64,000 nucleotides of DNA from contig AL929603.2 in assembly GCA_000002445.1 (NCBI GenBank), forward strand, positions 544,001 through 608,000, written 5' to 3'. Source of the stretch: Trypanosoma brucei. Taxonomy: Eukaryota. The position numbers and the translations under genes were made by a program. The notes beneath the pieces are model-generated. The model was given only the letters and a program-made list of their open reading frames with translations, searched no databases and was not told the origin of the DNA. Positions 35,726 through 48,140 of this stretch are shown in pieces. How positions within the stretch are numbered: the stretch's first letter is position 1; every line of letters starts with the position of its first letter.

Positions 35726-37081
35726 ATGCGTGAGGCTATCTGCATCCACATTGGTCAGGCTGGTTGCCAGGTTGGTAACGCCTGCTGGGAATTGTTCTGC
35801 CTGGAACACGGCATTCAACCCGATGGTGCGATGCCCTCTGACAAGACGATTGGCGTTGAGGATGATGCGTTCAACACCTTCTTCTCTGAGACTGGTGCTG
35901 GCAAGCACGTTCCCCGCGCGGTGTTCTTGGACCTGGAGCCAACAGTGGTGGATGAAGTGCGCACTGGCACGTACCGCCAGCTGTTCCACCCCGAGCAGCT
36001 GATCTCCGGCAAGGAGGATGCGGCCAACAACTACGCTCGTGGCCACTACACCATTGGTAAGGAGATCGTCGACCTCTGCCTGGACCGCATCCGCAAGCTC
36101 GCTGACAACTGCACTGGTCTTCAGGGCTTCCTCGTGTATCACGCCGTCGGCGGTGGCACTGGTTCTGGCCTGGGTGCGCTGCTCTTGGAGCGCCTCTCCG
36201 TGGACTATGGCAAGAAGTCCAAGCTCGGCTACACGGTGTATCCATCACCGCAGGTGTCGACGGCTGTCGTGGAGCCCTACAACTCTGTGCTCTCGACACA
36301 CTCACTTCTGGAGCACACCGATGTTGCTGCGATGCTTGACAATGAAGCAATTTATGATTTGACTCGCCGCAACCTCGATATTGAGCGCCCCACGTACACC
36401 AACCTGAACCGCCTCATCGGTCAGGTGGTTTCCTCGCTGACAGCGTCCCTCCGCTTCGACGGTGCATTGAACGTGGATCTGACAGAGTTCCAGACAAACC
36501 TTGTGCCGTACCCACGTATCCACTTCGTGCTGACAAGCTATGCACCAGTCATCTCCGCAGAGAAGGCCTACCACGAGCAACTCTCTGTCTCTGAGATCTC
36601 GAACGCTGTGTTTGAGCCCGCCTCCATGATGACAAAGTGCGACCCCCGCCACGGCAAGTACATGGCGTGCTGCCTCATGTACCGTGGTGACGTTGTGCCA
36701 AAGGATGTGAATGCTGCCGTCGCGACCATCAAGACGAAGCGCACGATTCAGTTCGTGGACTGGTCTCCCACAGGCTTCAAGTGCGGTATCAACTACCAGC
36801 CACCCACGGTGGTGCCAGGTGGTGACCTTGCCAAGGTGCAGCGCGCGGTATGCATGATCGCCAACTCCACGGCCATCGCAGAGGTGTTCGCTCGTATTGA
36901 CCACAAATTCGATCTCATGTACAGCAAGCGCGCCTTCGTGCACTGGTACGTCGGTGAGGGTATGGAAGAGGGTGAGTTCTCCGAGGCCCGTGAAGACCTT
37001 GCAGCACTTGAGAAGGACTACGAAGAGGTTGGTGCCGAGTCCGCGGATATGGACGGTGAGGAGGATGTGGAGGAGTACTAG
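35726..37081 (+). CDS. Alpha-tubulin (copy 3).
   Basis: Identical protein. Confidence 0.97.
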
Positions 37082-37407
37082 AAAGTGTGACAACGTCGCA
37101 CCATGTGTAGGTTTTCATTTACGTTCTTTCTTTCTTTTGTGAATTTGTTTTCTGTCTCAAATGTTTTTAATTCGCTTGGGACCTATGTTTTTCTTGTTTT
37201 TTTGCTCACCCTTTGTGTAGGAGGCATCCTGTCACGTCTGTGGTTGCGTGTATGCCTTCCTTCCCCTTATTCGCTTCTTCCTGTCGTGTCACACCTCTTT
37301 CTCTCTCTCCCTTTCCGCCTTTTCTTTCAATCTTGTTTTCTCGACCAGCCCTACTAGAGGAGAAAGAATAGTAACCCTTTCATCAAAGAAAATAGTTCAA
37401 ACGAATT

Positions 37408-38736
37408 ATGCGCGAAATCGTCTGCGTTCAGGCTGGCCAATGCGGCAACCAGATCGGCTCAAAGTTCTGGGAGGTGATCAGTGACGAGCACGGTGTGGAC
37501 CCCACAGGTACCTACCAGGGTGACTCTGACCTGCAGCTGGAGCGCATCAATGTGTACTTTGATGAGGCAACGGGAGGTCGCTATGTGCCCCGCTCCGTGC
37601 TGATTGATCTGGAGCCAGGTACAATGGACTCCGTACGTGCTGGCCCCTATGGTCAGATCTTCCGCCCCGACAACTTCATCTTTGGACAGTCTGGCGCCGG
37701 CAACAACTGGGCAAAGGGCCACTACACGGAGGGTGCGGAACTGATCGACTCTGTGCTCGATGTGTGCTGCAAGGAGGCGGAGAGCTGTGACTGCCTCCAG
37801 GGCTTCCAGATCTGCCACTCCCTTGGTGGTGGTACTGGCTCCGGCATGGGTACGCTGCTCATCTCGAAGCTTCGCGAGCAGTACCCTGACCGTATCATGA
37901 TGACTTTCTCCATCATCCCATCCCCCAAGGTGTCCGACACTGTCGTCGAGCCGTACAATACGACTCTCTCCGTGCACCAACTTGTGGAAAACTCCGATGA
38001 GTCGATGTGCATTGACAACGAGGCACTGTACGATATTTGCTTCCGCACCCTGAAACTGACAACACCAACGTTCGGTGACCTGAACCACTTGGTGTCTGCT
38101 GTTGTGTCCGGCGTCACCTGCTGCCTGCGCTTCCCTGGTCAGTTGAACTCTGACCTCCGTAAGTTGGCTGTGAACCTTGTCCCATTCCCGCGTCTGCACT
38201 TCTTCATGATGGGCTTCGCCCCGCTGACCAGCCGCGGCTCGCAGCAGTACCGCGGTCTCTCCGTGCCCGAGCTAACGCAGCAGATGTTCGATGCGAAAAA
38301 CATGATGCAAGCTGCAGATCCTCGTCACGGCCGCTACCTGACAGCGTCTGCACTCTTCCGCGGCCGCATGTCGACGAAGGAGGTTGATGAGCAGATGCTG
38401 AACGTGCAGAACAAGAACTCGTCCTACTTCATTGAGTGGATCCCGAACAACATCAAGTCCTCTGTTTGCGATATCCCACCCAAGGGACTCAAGATGGCTG
38501 TCACCTTCATTGGCAACAACACCTGCATCCAGGAGATGTTCCGCCGTGTGGGAGAGCAGTTCACCCTCATGTTCCGTCGCAAGGCGTTCTTGCACTGGTA
38601 CACTGGCGAGGGTATGGACGAGATGGAATTCACGGAGGCAGAGTCCAACATGAACGATCTCGTGTCTGAGTACCAGCAGTACCAGGATGCCACGATTGAG
38701 GAGGAGGGCGAGTTCGACGAGGAGGAGCAATACTAG
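37408..38736 (+). CDS. Beta-tubulin (copy 4).
   Basis: Identical protein. Confidence 0.97.
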
Positions 38737-39367
38737 ACGCGGACGGGGCATTTCCCGTTCGTCATTAGCAGTAGGTAATGAAGATGTTTGTTTCTCGTCC
38801 CCTTTCTCCTTCGTCCTTCTGTCATTTTGTTCTTTTGTGTTTATGTTTTGTTGTTGTTTTCTTTAATTTTTTTTTTCTTCCACGTTTGTGTACATCCGCG
38901 CGCCACTCTATTCAGAGAGCCACGGATAGTAGAGGAGGTGGGAAGGGTATATGAGGGACACGCGTACCATGATGTGGGATGTATTGGGGTCCCTGTCTGT
39001 CCTTACGTGACTATGTATGAACCGTCACGTGTAAGATGAGCTAGTGAGATCAACAGTACAACTCATCAACACGCCTTCTTCTCGTTAAATGTACACAATC
39101 TTGATCCTCCACCTTTATGGGTCCCATTGTTTGCCTCTTCCGCTGTGTGGAGTGCGCCTACACGCACTTCTCACTTCGTAAGTGGTGGTGGCGTAAGTAT
39201 TGCCTAATGTTGACTCTATGTTCTCCTCTCCTCACCCCCTCGCGGTGCTGATTTCTGACAGATCTTCAAACACTAGTTTAAGCAAAGGACTATTCATCCG
39301 TTTATATTAGCAACAGTAGGTACTAGCACCACTAACAACAACAACAAAGCACTTCTATTTATTTATC

Positions 39368-40723
39368 ATGCGTGAGGCTATCTGCATCCACATTGGTCAG
39401 GCTGGTTGCCAGGTTGGTAACGCCTGCTGGGAATTGTTCTGCCTGGAACACGGCATTCAACCCGATGGTGCGATGCCCTCTGACAAGACGATTGGCGTTG
39501 AGGATGATGCGTTCAACACCTTCTTCTCTGAGACTGGTGCTGGCAAGCACGTTCCCCGCGCGGTGTTCTTGGACCTGGAGCCAACAGTGGTGGATGAAGT
39601 GCGCACTGGCACGTACCGCCAGCTGTTCCACCCCGAGCAGCTGATCTCCGGCAAGGAGGATGCGGCCAACAACTACGCTCGTGGCCACTACACCATTGGT
39701 AAGGAGATCGTCGACCTCTGCCTGGACCGCATCCGCAAGCTCGCTGACAACTGCACTGGTCTTCAGGGCTTCCTCGTGTATCACGCCGTCGGCGGTGGCA
39801 CTGGTTCTGGCCTGGGTGCGCTGCTCTTGGAGCGCCTCTCCGTGGACTATGGCAAGAAGTCCAAGCTCGGCTACACGGTGTATCCATCACCGCAGGTGTC
39901 GACGGCTGTCGTGGAGCCCTACAACTCTGTGCTCTCGACACACTCACTTCTGGAGCACACCGATGTTGCTGCGATGCTTGACAATGAAGCGATTTATGAT
40001 TTGACTCGCCGCAACCTCGATATTGAGCGCCCCACGTACACCAACCTGAACCGCCTCATCGGTCAGGTGGTTTCCTCGCTGACAGCGTCCCTCCGCTTCG
40101 ACGGTGCATTGAACGTGGATCTGACAGAGTTCCAGACAAACCTTGTGCCGTACCCACGTATCCACTTCGTGCTGACAAGCTATGCACCAGTCATCTCCGC
40201 AGAGAAGGCCTACCACGAGCAACTCTCTGTCTCTGAGATCTCGAACGCTGTGTTTGAGCCCGCCTCCATGATGACAAAGTGCGACCCCCGCCACGGCAAG
40301 TACATGGCGTGCTGCCTCATGTACCGTGGTGACGTTGTGCCAAAGGATGTGAATGCTGCCGTCGCGACCATCAAGACGAAGCGCACGATTCAGTTCGTGG
40401 ACTGGTCTCCCACAGGCTTCAAGTGCGGTATCAACTACCAGCCACCCACGGTGGTGCCAGGTGGTGACCTTGCCAAGGTGCAGCGCGCGGTATGCATGAT
40501 CGCCAACTCCACGGCCATCGCAGAGGTGTTCGCCCGTATTGACCACAAATTCGATCTCATGTACAGCAAGCGCGCCTTCGTGCACTGGTACGTCGGTGAG
40601 GGTATGGAAGAGGGTGAGTTCTCCGAGGCCCGTGAAGACCTTGCAGCACTTGAGAAGGACTACGAAGAGGTTGGTGCCGAGTCCGCGGATATGGACGGTG
40701 AGGAGGATGTGGAGGAGTACTAG
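39368..40723 (+). CDS. Alpha-tubulin (copy 4).
   Basis: Identical protein, with two synonymous differences (~39982, ~40536). Confidence 0.97.
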
Positions 40724-41049
40724 AAAGTGTGACAACGTCGCACCATGTGTAGGTTTTCATTTACGTTCTTTCTTTCTTTTGTGAATTTGTTTTCTGTCTC
40801 AAATGTTTTTAATTCGCTTGGGACCTATGTTTTTCTTGTTTTTTTGCTCACCCTTTGTGTAGGAGGCACCCTGTCACGTCTGTGGTTGCGTGTATGCCTT
40901 CCTTCCCCTTATTCGCTTCTTCCTGTCGTGTCACACCTCTTTCTCTCTCTCCCTTTCCGCCTTTTCTTTCAATCTTGTTTTCTCGACCAGCCCTACTAGA
41001 GGAGAAAGAATAGTAACCCTTTCATCAAAGAAAATAGTTCAAACGAATT

Positions 41050-41949
41050 ATGCGCGAAATCGTCTGCGTTCAGGCTGGCCAATGCGGCAACCAGATCGGC
41101 TCAAAGTTCTGGGAGGTGATCAGTGACGAGCACGGTGTGGACCCCACAGGTACCTACCAGGGTGACTCTGACCTGCAGCTGGAGCGCATCAATGTGTACT
41201 TTGATGAGGCAACGGGAGGTCGCTATGTGCCCCGCTCCGTGCTGATTGATCTGGAGCCAGGTACAATGGACTCCGTACGTGCTGGCCCCTATGGTCAGAT
41301 CTTCCGCCCCGACAACTTCATCTTTGGACAGTCTGGCGCCGGCAACAACTGGGCAAAGGGCCACTACACGGAGGGTGCGGAACTGATCGACTCTGTGCTC
41401 GATGTGTGCTGCAAGGAGGCGGAGAGCTGTGACTGCCTCCAGGGCTTCCAGATCTGCCACTCCCTTGGTGGTGGTACTGGCTCCGGCATGGGTACGCTGC
41501 TCATCTCGAAGCTTCGCGAGCAGTACCCTGACCGTATCATGATGACTTTCTCCATCATCCCATCCCCCAAGGTGTCCGACACTGTCGTCGAGCCGTACAA
41601 TACGACTCTCTCCGTGCACCAACTTGTGGAAAACTCCGATGAGTCGATGTGCATTGACAACGAGGCACTGTACGATATTTGCTTCCGCACCCTGAAACTG
41701 ACAACACCAACGTTCGGTGACCTGAACCACTTGGTGTCTGCTGTTGTGTCCGGCGTCACCTGCTGCCTGCGCTTCCCTGGTCAGTTGAACTCTGACCTCC
41801 GTAAGTTGGCTGTGAACCTTGTCCCATTCCCGCGTCTGCACTTCTTCATGATGGGCTTCGCCCCGCTGACCAGCCGCGGCTCGCAGCAGTACCGCGGTCT
41901 CTCCGTGCCCGAGCTAACGCAGCAGATGTTCGATGCGAAAAACATGATG
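41050..41949 (+). pseudogene. Beta-tubulin copy 5, truncated after codon ~300 (…FDAKNMM) by a retrotransposon insertion.
   Basis: Identical to the other beta copies up to 41949. It then reads into the ingi 5' end (…[18 protein letters not shown]…) instead of …[10 protein letters not shown]…. Confidence 0.9.
41938..41949. repeat. Target-site duplication (left copy) AAAAACATGATG.
   Basis: The same 12-mer recurs at 47168-47179, immediately after the element's A-tail. A 12-bp TSD is characteristic of ingi/RIME. Confidence 0.8.
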
Positions 41950-42070
41950 CCCCTGGTGATGCTGGCCACCTCATCGTGGTGCCAGGGTCCAGTACCTCGC
42001 CTATGCGTGGGAAGCCAAGAGCCGGCAACCGCCATCTTTGTAAGGAAGTGCCTGCGGGTGCGTCATCGTT

Positions 42071-42934
42071 TTGCCATGGGACAAGCAGAGTCAGGCTGAG
42101 ACAAAGTGTTATCAATGTCTGTCCTTAGGTACGTGCAGACGTGCCATCAGTAGTATTATTCGCGCCCAGAAACTGATGAATGGTGATGTGGAAAGTAAAT
42201 TAGACCCTGTATTCCGTGGCACCCAGTGGAACTGCGCTGCGCTCACACAGGGCAAGCGGTTAGCTCTTCATAGGATGCTCATTGAGGATAGGGTAAGCTT
42301 CTGCTTACTGTGCGAAACGAATTTTTCCTCTCTGGAAGAACAGATTCTCCATCCTCTACTTTTGCAACACGACGGAGCAGAAAGGGATGCAAACGGTGGT
42401 GGAGTATCTATTCTGATACAAAAAGTCCTCCGGGTGGAAGTCGGTGAGAAGAAAGTGGGACAGCTAGAACATGTAAGCGCCACTATCCACGTATCAGAGG
42501 AAGACAAACTAACGCTCACGTCAGCCTATTTTCCAAGAGGACGAAGCGCTGTGAACTTGGGAAAACTTGTCGCATTGAAGAGAGATGTGCAATACGTCAT
42601 AGGCGCCGACGTGAATTTACATTTGTGTCTATGGGATAGAGAGGTCCCTCCTGATGCAGGAGGTGAAGCAATGACTACTTGGTGTGTTGATACAGGTTAT
42701 ATTGTAGCAAATACAGCTGACCGCACCAGATATGACTATGCACGAAACCTCGGATCGTCCCCTGACGTAACGCTGAACCGGGAATGTCAAATTATCAATT
42801 GGACGGCTACAGAGACACCGGACAGTGATCACTACGTCATCTTATTTCAGTCATCGTCGGAAACGATGAGATCCCGATTGCCCTTGCTTGTCTGGACCGA
42901 GCGCTATTCTCTTGAAAGAAAGCCGACTGGGTGA
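42071..42934 (+). pseudogene. ingi ORF fragment: degenerate apurinic/apyrimidinic-endonuclease-like domain.
   Basis: Position immediately downstream of the RIME-like 5' end. It is not in frame with the downstream RT segments. Confidence 0.6.
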
Positions 42935-43625
42935 AATTCAATGCCTACACCAAGCAAGAAAGCAAGAAGATCGGAAACTCGGGGAAAATACACAAAAACG
43001 CCCCCATTTTAGGTAATATTATCCGGGACGCGACAGTGAAAGCTGTCCCCCGCGGCTCCTTTTTCCAAAAGCCTTTGTGAACGAAGGAGTTAACAGAGAG
43101 AGATGAGAAGATACGATGCGTCCAACATCTTCGAGAGAGGCCATCTCTTGTCTCCCAGCGAAAAAAACTGCTAATGGAAGTCTCCACCAAACGATGGCAT
43201 GAGACTTGCAACAAGTTTGCAGTTTCTGAGAGTAACAGTTGGCATATCGTAAAGAATGTTTTCTCACAAAAAACCCTAGTCACACCAGCAGTGAGGGCAG
43301 ACAACAGAATCCTGGCGCAGAAGCAGCACGCACAGAGTCTCATAGATATATACCCTGAATAGTCGAAGCGGCACCCGGATGTTGCGCAAGCTCCTTCGAT
43401 TTCCCTCCCAAAACAGATGCCATACAGGCGTATCTCCATGGGAGAATTGAACACAACCCTAAGGTATATACCAAATGGTTCTGCTCCTGGAAACAATATG
43501 CAGTGGATTGAGAGGCTCTCAAGCACCTCAACAAATATGGAAGGCGTTTACTACCACGATTATTCAATCGCAGTTTATACGCTGGTGAGGATCCGCAACC
43601 GTGGAAAAAAGGTGTCATCATTCCA

Positions 43626-44545
43626 TTGTTGAAAGTGGGAAAGCCATCCATTGACCTAGCATCCTTCAGGCCTGTTACCTTAACAAGTACGGTCTTAAAG
43701 GTCATGGAAAAGATTGTCTGCGCAAGGATCCGTAACACTGTCGAATCGAAATTGAAAGTGCAGCAATCAGGATTCAGCACGGGTAACTCTACACTAGACC
43801 AGCTCTTACACCTAATGGCAGCTCTATGTAGACCTCACCACGATGACAGGAAAGGGGCTGTATTTGCTTATTACCCGGAGGCATTCGACACGGTAGATCA
43901 TGCAACAGCGGTTCGTGCCATGCAGGAAATGGGAATACCAACTTACACTGTGAAATGGACCGCTACCTTACTACAGGGAAGAAAAAAACAAGTAAGGGTA
44001 AAGAAGGTGTTTTCGGGGAACAGGGAGTTCACACGAGGGGTTCCACAAGGTACAGTCCTAGGTCCCCTCTTATCATAGTGGTGAACTCTCTCAGTAAACG
44101 CCTCAACCAAATTCCTGGTCTAGGACATGGCTTCTTCGCAGACGATCTAACTCTCTCATGTCGTCACTCTGATAGAAACATAGTCCAGGAAACGCTCCAA
44201 GCAGGGCTAAACGCAGTAGCAGCATGGAGCCGAGAGACTTATATGGGCATTAATGTGGATAAGACCAAATACACACTATTTGGCGCCAAGAACAGAAACT
44301 CACTACTTCTGTTGGTGAACGGGAAACCTATCGATGAAGATAGAAATCCCAAGATACTTGGCATCACATTACAGTCATATAGTGGTTTCTCCACCCATGT
44401 CGAGGGGGTTAAAAAGGCAGTGGATATGCGACTACTGCAACTTGCTGCAATCTCATCAACTTCTTGGGGACCACGAACCAACACGATCAGGACGTTCTAC
44501 ATTGCCCTGACTCGTGCAAAGATCTTGTACGGCGTGGCGATTTAG
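43626..44545 (+). pseudogene. ingi ORF fragments: reverse-transcriptase domain, interrupted by a frameshift near 43955-44078.
   Basis: RT motifs FRPVTL..., GVPQGTVLGPLLS and F-A-D-D (YxDD-like). Two overlapping frames are needed to read through. Confidence 0.75.
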
Positions 44546-47167
44546 TATCATAATGCCAACTACTTCAATCAGGAAGAGCTAGAGTGTTCCCAAAACAGAG
44601 CGTGCAGAATTCTCTCCGGAACGGTGAGAGGTTGAAACAGTACAGACGCGCGCCTAGAGGCCAACTTAACGTCCCTTAGAGAAGCCGCGACGATACGGGG
44701 TCTGAAGTACCTGATACGCTGCCAGCCACGAGATAGATACCTAAAAGAGAGTGCGGAGTTAGTATATCACCCAAGTTATCCTGTCCGAAAGTTACTGAAT
44801 GATGTAAAGCGTGAATACCCACAACTTCAGGTAGAATCCGCACACACCACAGAGTGGTGTCCATATTTCTGGATACAGCGAACAGATGTCTGTTTCACTA
44901 CGCCATTCCCCCGAATGTGAACAGAGACTCGGAGGAAGAACTCAAACGTGAGACATCCGAAAGATGGATAAAGCGCCGTTATTAGAAGAAAAGGGCAATA
45001 ACCCTGTCGCTCTATCACACTACGAAGTGTGGACAGACGGATCTGTAACACTGGAGGAAAATCAGGAGCGGCAGCTCTCATCGTCAAGAATGGCAAACTC
45101 CTGCACAAAGTGCTCGAAGGAACGGGACGACTTGCATGCAGCTATAGAGCTGAATGTGTAGTCCTAATAATTGGCCTGAAACAACTGTCCAAAGAGATCG
45201 ATAAAGCAGAAAAACAAAACTTCCGATTATTGATATTTACGGACTCATGGTCAATGGTAGCAGCTCTGCACGCGGGCCCGCTTACAGTTACAGACACAGT
45301 ACTGCGCTAAATATGGACACTACTCATCCAACTCCAAAGTAAAGGAGGACGGATTCGTATTCAGTTCATATTTGGTCACTGTGGAATAGCGGGTAATGAG
45401 CAAGCTGACGCAGCAGAGCAACCACAAATGCGAACTGCATGGATACCGGAGGTGGTTGCAGCAGCGAAAAGGCTGCTGCGCACTACAAGGGAAAAGCCAC
45501 AAACACATAGGGCCACACTTACTGGACACTGGAAGAACACAAACCTCAAGACCTCGCTGTCCAGAAAAGAATAAACCCTACTGACTCAACTCCGCACGGG
45601 TGCAGCACCTACGTACGGTTGGGTGAACAGGAAATTGAACCCTAATATCCCCAACACATGCAGATGGTGTTGCAATGTGGCAAAAAGCCAGACAGTGGAG
45701 CTCGTGAGTGTGAGACCAACATCCACACGTGCAAGCGATCCAACAGTTTGCCCAATTTGTGGGCTGCGATGCTCGAACCGGCAAAATGGCGCTATACACA
45801 TGCAACGAACCCATGGAGTCCAATACGAGCAGGGCAAACGGCGACTCAAATTCCCGCGAGGAGATGGAGGAGGATTCCAATTTGGCCCTCCCACCTCCCG
45901 AACCGCCGCCAAACACAGAAACACCGCAAACCGCTGCGGATACTATTATGTATCCCTGCTTGATCTGCGAGAGGACCTTCAAATCGAAGACTTGGCAAAC
46001 AAGGCACAGAGAGACCGCACACCCGGGTGTAGCACCACCGCGCGGAACAACAGAAAACCCAGAGGGAAGTGAACAAACAACATAATCGGAGAACACTCTT
46101 CAGTGTGCCCTGTGTTCTTTTGTACACAAGTCCAAGGGTGGATTAACAAACCACCGAAGAGTCCAGCACCCAGATCAAAAGGTCACGATAGCAACCAGGA
46201 AGAGCGGAAGGGATTCGGCGAATCGACGGGAAGTAGAGGAGGAGGAACCATCAGCTACCTCGCTCCATTGTACATGCTGCGATTTCATAGAGAAATCAAA
46301 GAGTGGGTTAGCTGCGCACTGTAGGTATAGGCACCTCCAAACAGTCTAGTCTATCACTACAGTTTCAAAAAAGAGACCAAGGACCCCCACTCCAGAGAAT
46401 AGATCGCAGAAAGTACGGACGGAAAGAGTCGAAGGAAGATATCAGTGTGATCACTGCGAGAAGACATACGCCACACCATCCACTCTAATACGCCACTACA
46501 GGGCGAAAAATAGTGGAAGCGTATGTCAGCTCTCTAGCACCGAGGCAGCTCCGGCAGGACGACGATACGTGAAGGTTACAGTGCCGACGCATGAGTGTAC
46601 CGAGTGCGGCACCAAGTGCTACTCAAAAGCAGGACTAACGCGTCATCAACAAACTGCACATGGTTTGAAGCTGGAAACCCCTCTCCCCCAGATGCATGAA
46701 TGCGAAGAGTCACCTAGGCACCTACTCGTGTACCCAGGACTCGCTACACTGCGTCAACGATTCTTCAAGGATGACACACCTCTCGAAAAGTTGCTGTACA
46801 GTGAAGAGTTAACAAAATTCCTACTGGAACTGGAAAAACTCTCACAAAAGGTACCGCCAGAAAGTAAAGGCCGAACGCCGGATATCGAATCAGCTGACCC
46901 TCGTAGTGATTGCCCTCCGTCTAGGAGATATCAAACTTCTGTCTCCCCCCCCCCTGTCGGATCGCGTGGGAAGCGGAAACGCTCACCATTTCCTCGATGA
47001 GCCCCTGTGTACACAGTTAGTCTCCCCCGTCCATATTAAGACGGAGCCTGGGTCTCGTCAGCCCAGAAACTCTCCCCCCTTCACCACAAAGCAGGCACCA
47101 ACGTTCGAATAGGACTGCTGGTGGTACGCTGCCAAATATCTCTTTGAGATAATTGCGCGTTATATTA

Positions 47168-47179
47168 AAAAAACATGAT
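47168..47179. repeat. Target-site duplication (right copy) AAAAACATGATG.
   Basis: Direct repeat of the beta-tubulin sequence at 41938-41949. Confidence 0.8.
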
Positions 47180-47180
47180 G

Positions 47181-48140
47181 CCCCTGCACCCGCAGCAGAT
47201 TCCCTCAAAGAGCTGACGGTTGCAGGGGCTTGGCTTCCCCCGCATAGGCGAGGTACTGGACCCTGGTACCACGATGAGGTGGCCGGCTGAGCCAGGGTGC
47301 GGAAGCCAAGGGCCTGCGACACCCGAAAGGGCTAACAAGCTTAGGTTTCTACTTGTTGGGAAAACGGATAGTGGAAACCACCCTAGTGGTTGGTTGGTCG
47401 CTCGCACTGTGCGCTACAGTACTGCGGATGCAGAGATTGGACCTTGCAAGGGTTTAATTTCGCACGATTGCAAGCTTCTGCTGTTACTGTGTGGATACTT
47501 TGAGCGCAATCCTGGACCCCTCCGGTTTGTGCAGCAGAACGTTAACGGTGTCTCAGCAGTAAAGCTATCAAGCCTACTTGCTCTAGATGCAGACGTCTAT
47601 CTTCTTCCGGAGGTGAAGAAGTTGCGTGAGGCGTCTCGCATCTGTAAGGTCCCGCCATACACAGTTTACTGTAGCCCCCCGAACGCTCGGGGTGGAAGAG
47701 TTGCCATCTTGGTGCACCAACGAAGCAGCATCCAGACCAGGAGTGTGACATGGAAAGCACTCCCAAACGACACTGGCATCAAAGCCGTAACTGTGAAATT
47801 GTGATAGGTAATACTCATCTGGGTATAGTGAATGTTTACATCCCCCCACCACCGAGCATCACTGGATCCTTCGCTACCCTTCTGCAGACCTTGGAAAATA
47901 ACTGCTCTATTATTGAGGGAAACTTCAATGTTTTCCACCCACTATGGTGGAGCGAGGTCGGTCAATAAAACAGGTCGGACAAGTTCTTTTACCTGTCCAC
48001 CTATGCATATTCGAACTGCAAAACATCCTTGACGCGGTAACACGAAGCTAAGGCAATCAGAAAAGCGCCCTGGACCTCACCCCGTCTCGTTTGGATGATG
48101 CAATGCAACGGACCACGCTATTGTAGCTAGACAGCGATCA
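47181..48140 (+). mobile_element. 3'-truncated ingi/RIME-like 5' fragment (~1 kb) with a rearranged (partly inverted) 5' terminus and a degenerate endonuclease domain.
   Basis: It starts 'CCCCTG...' like ingi. 'GGTACTGGACCCTGGTACCACGATGAGGTGGCC' is the reverse complement of the ingi 5' end. The ORF 47220-47804 contains the APE-like motifs LRFVQQNVNG and DADVYLLPEVK, and continues after a frameshift at 47750-47968 (GNFNVFHPLWW). It ends abruptly where H3-repeat homology begins. Confidence 0.65.

Larger units (their letters stand above)
26166..41949. repeat. Tandem alpha/beta-tubulin gene array: 4 full 3642-bp units plus a partial fifth, arranged beta-alpha-beta-alpha...
   Basis: Beta-tubulin starts at 26482, 30124, 33766, 37408 and 41050, and alpha starts at 28442, 32084, 35726 and 39368, all with exactly 3642-bp periodicity. 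The units are >99.7% identical. Confidence 0.97.
41950..47167 (+). mobile_element. ingi-type non-LTR (LINE-like) retrotransposon, full length (~5.2 kb) but degenerate, with its ORF broken into at least 3 frames.
   Basis: The 5' end 'CCCTGGTGATGCTGGCCACCTCATCGTGGTGCCAGGGTCCAGTACC' matches the RIME/ingi terminus. Internal domains are present in order: APE-like endonuclease (42071-42934), reverse transcriptase (43626-44545; FRPVTL, VPQGTVLGPLL, FADD), RNase H-like (45029-45310), and C2H2 zinc fingers (45623-46085, 46569-47000). The element has a short A-rich 3' end and is flanked by a 12-bp direct repeat. Confidence 0.88.
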
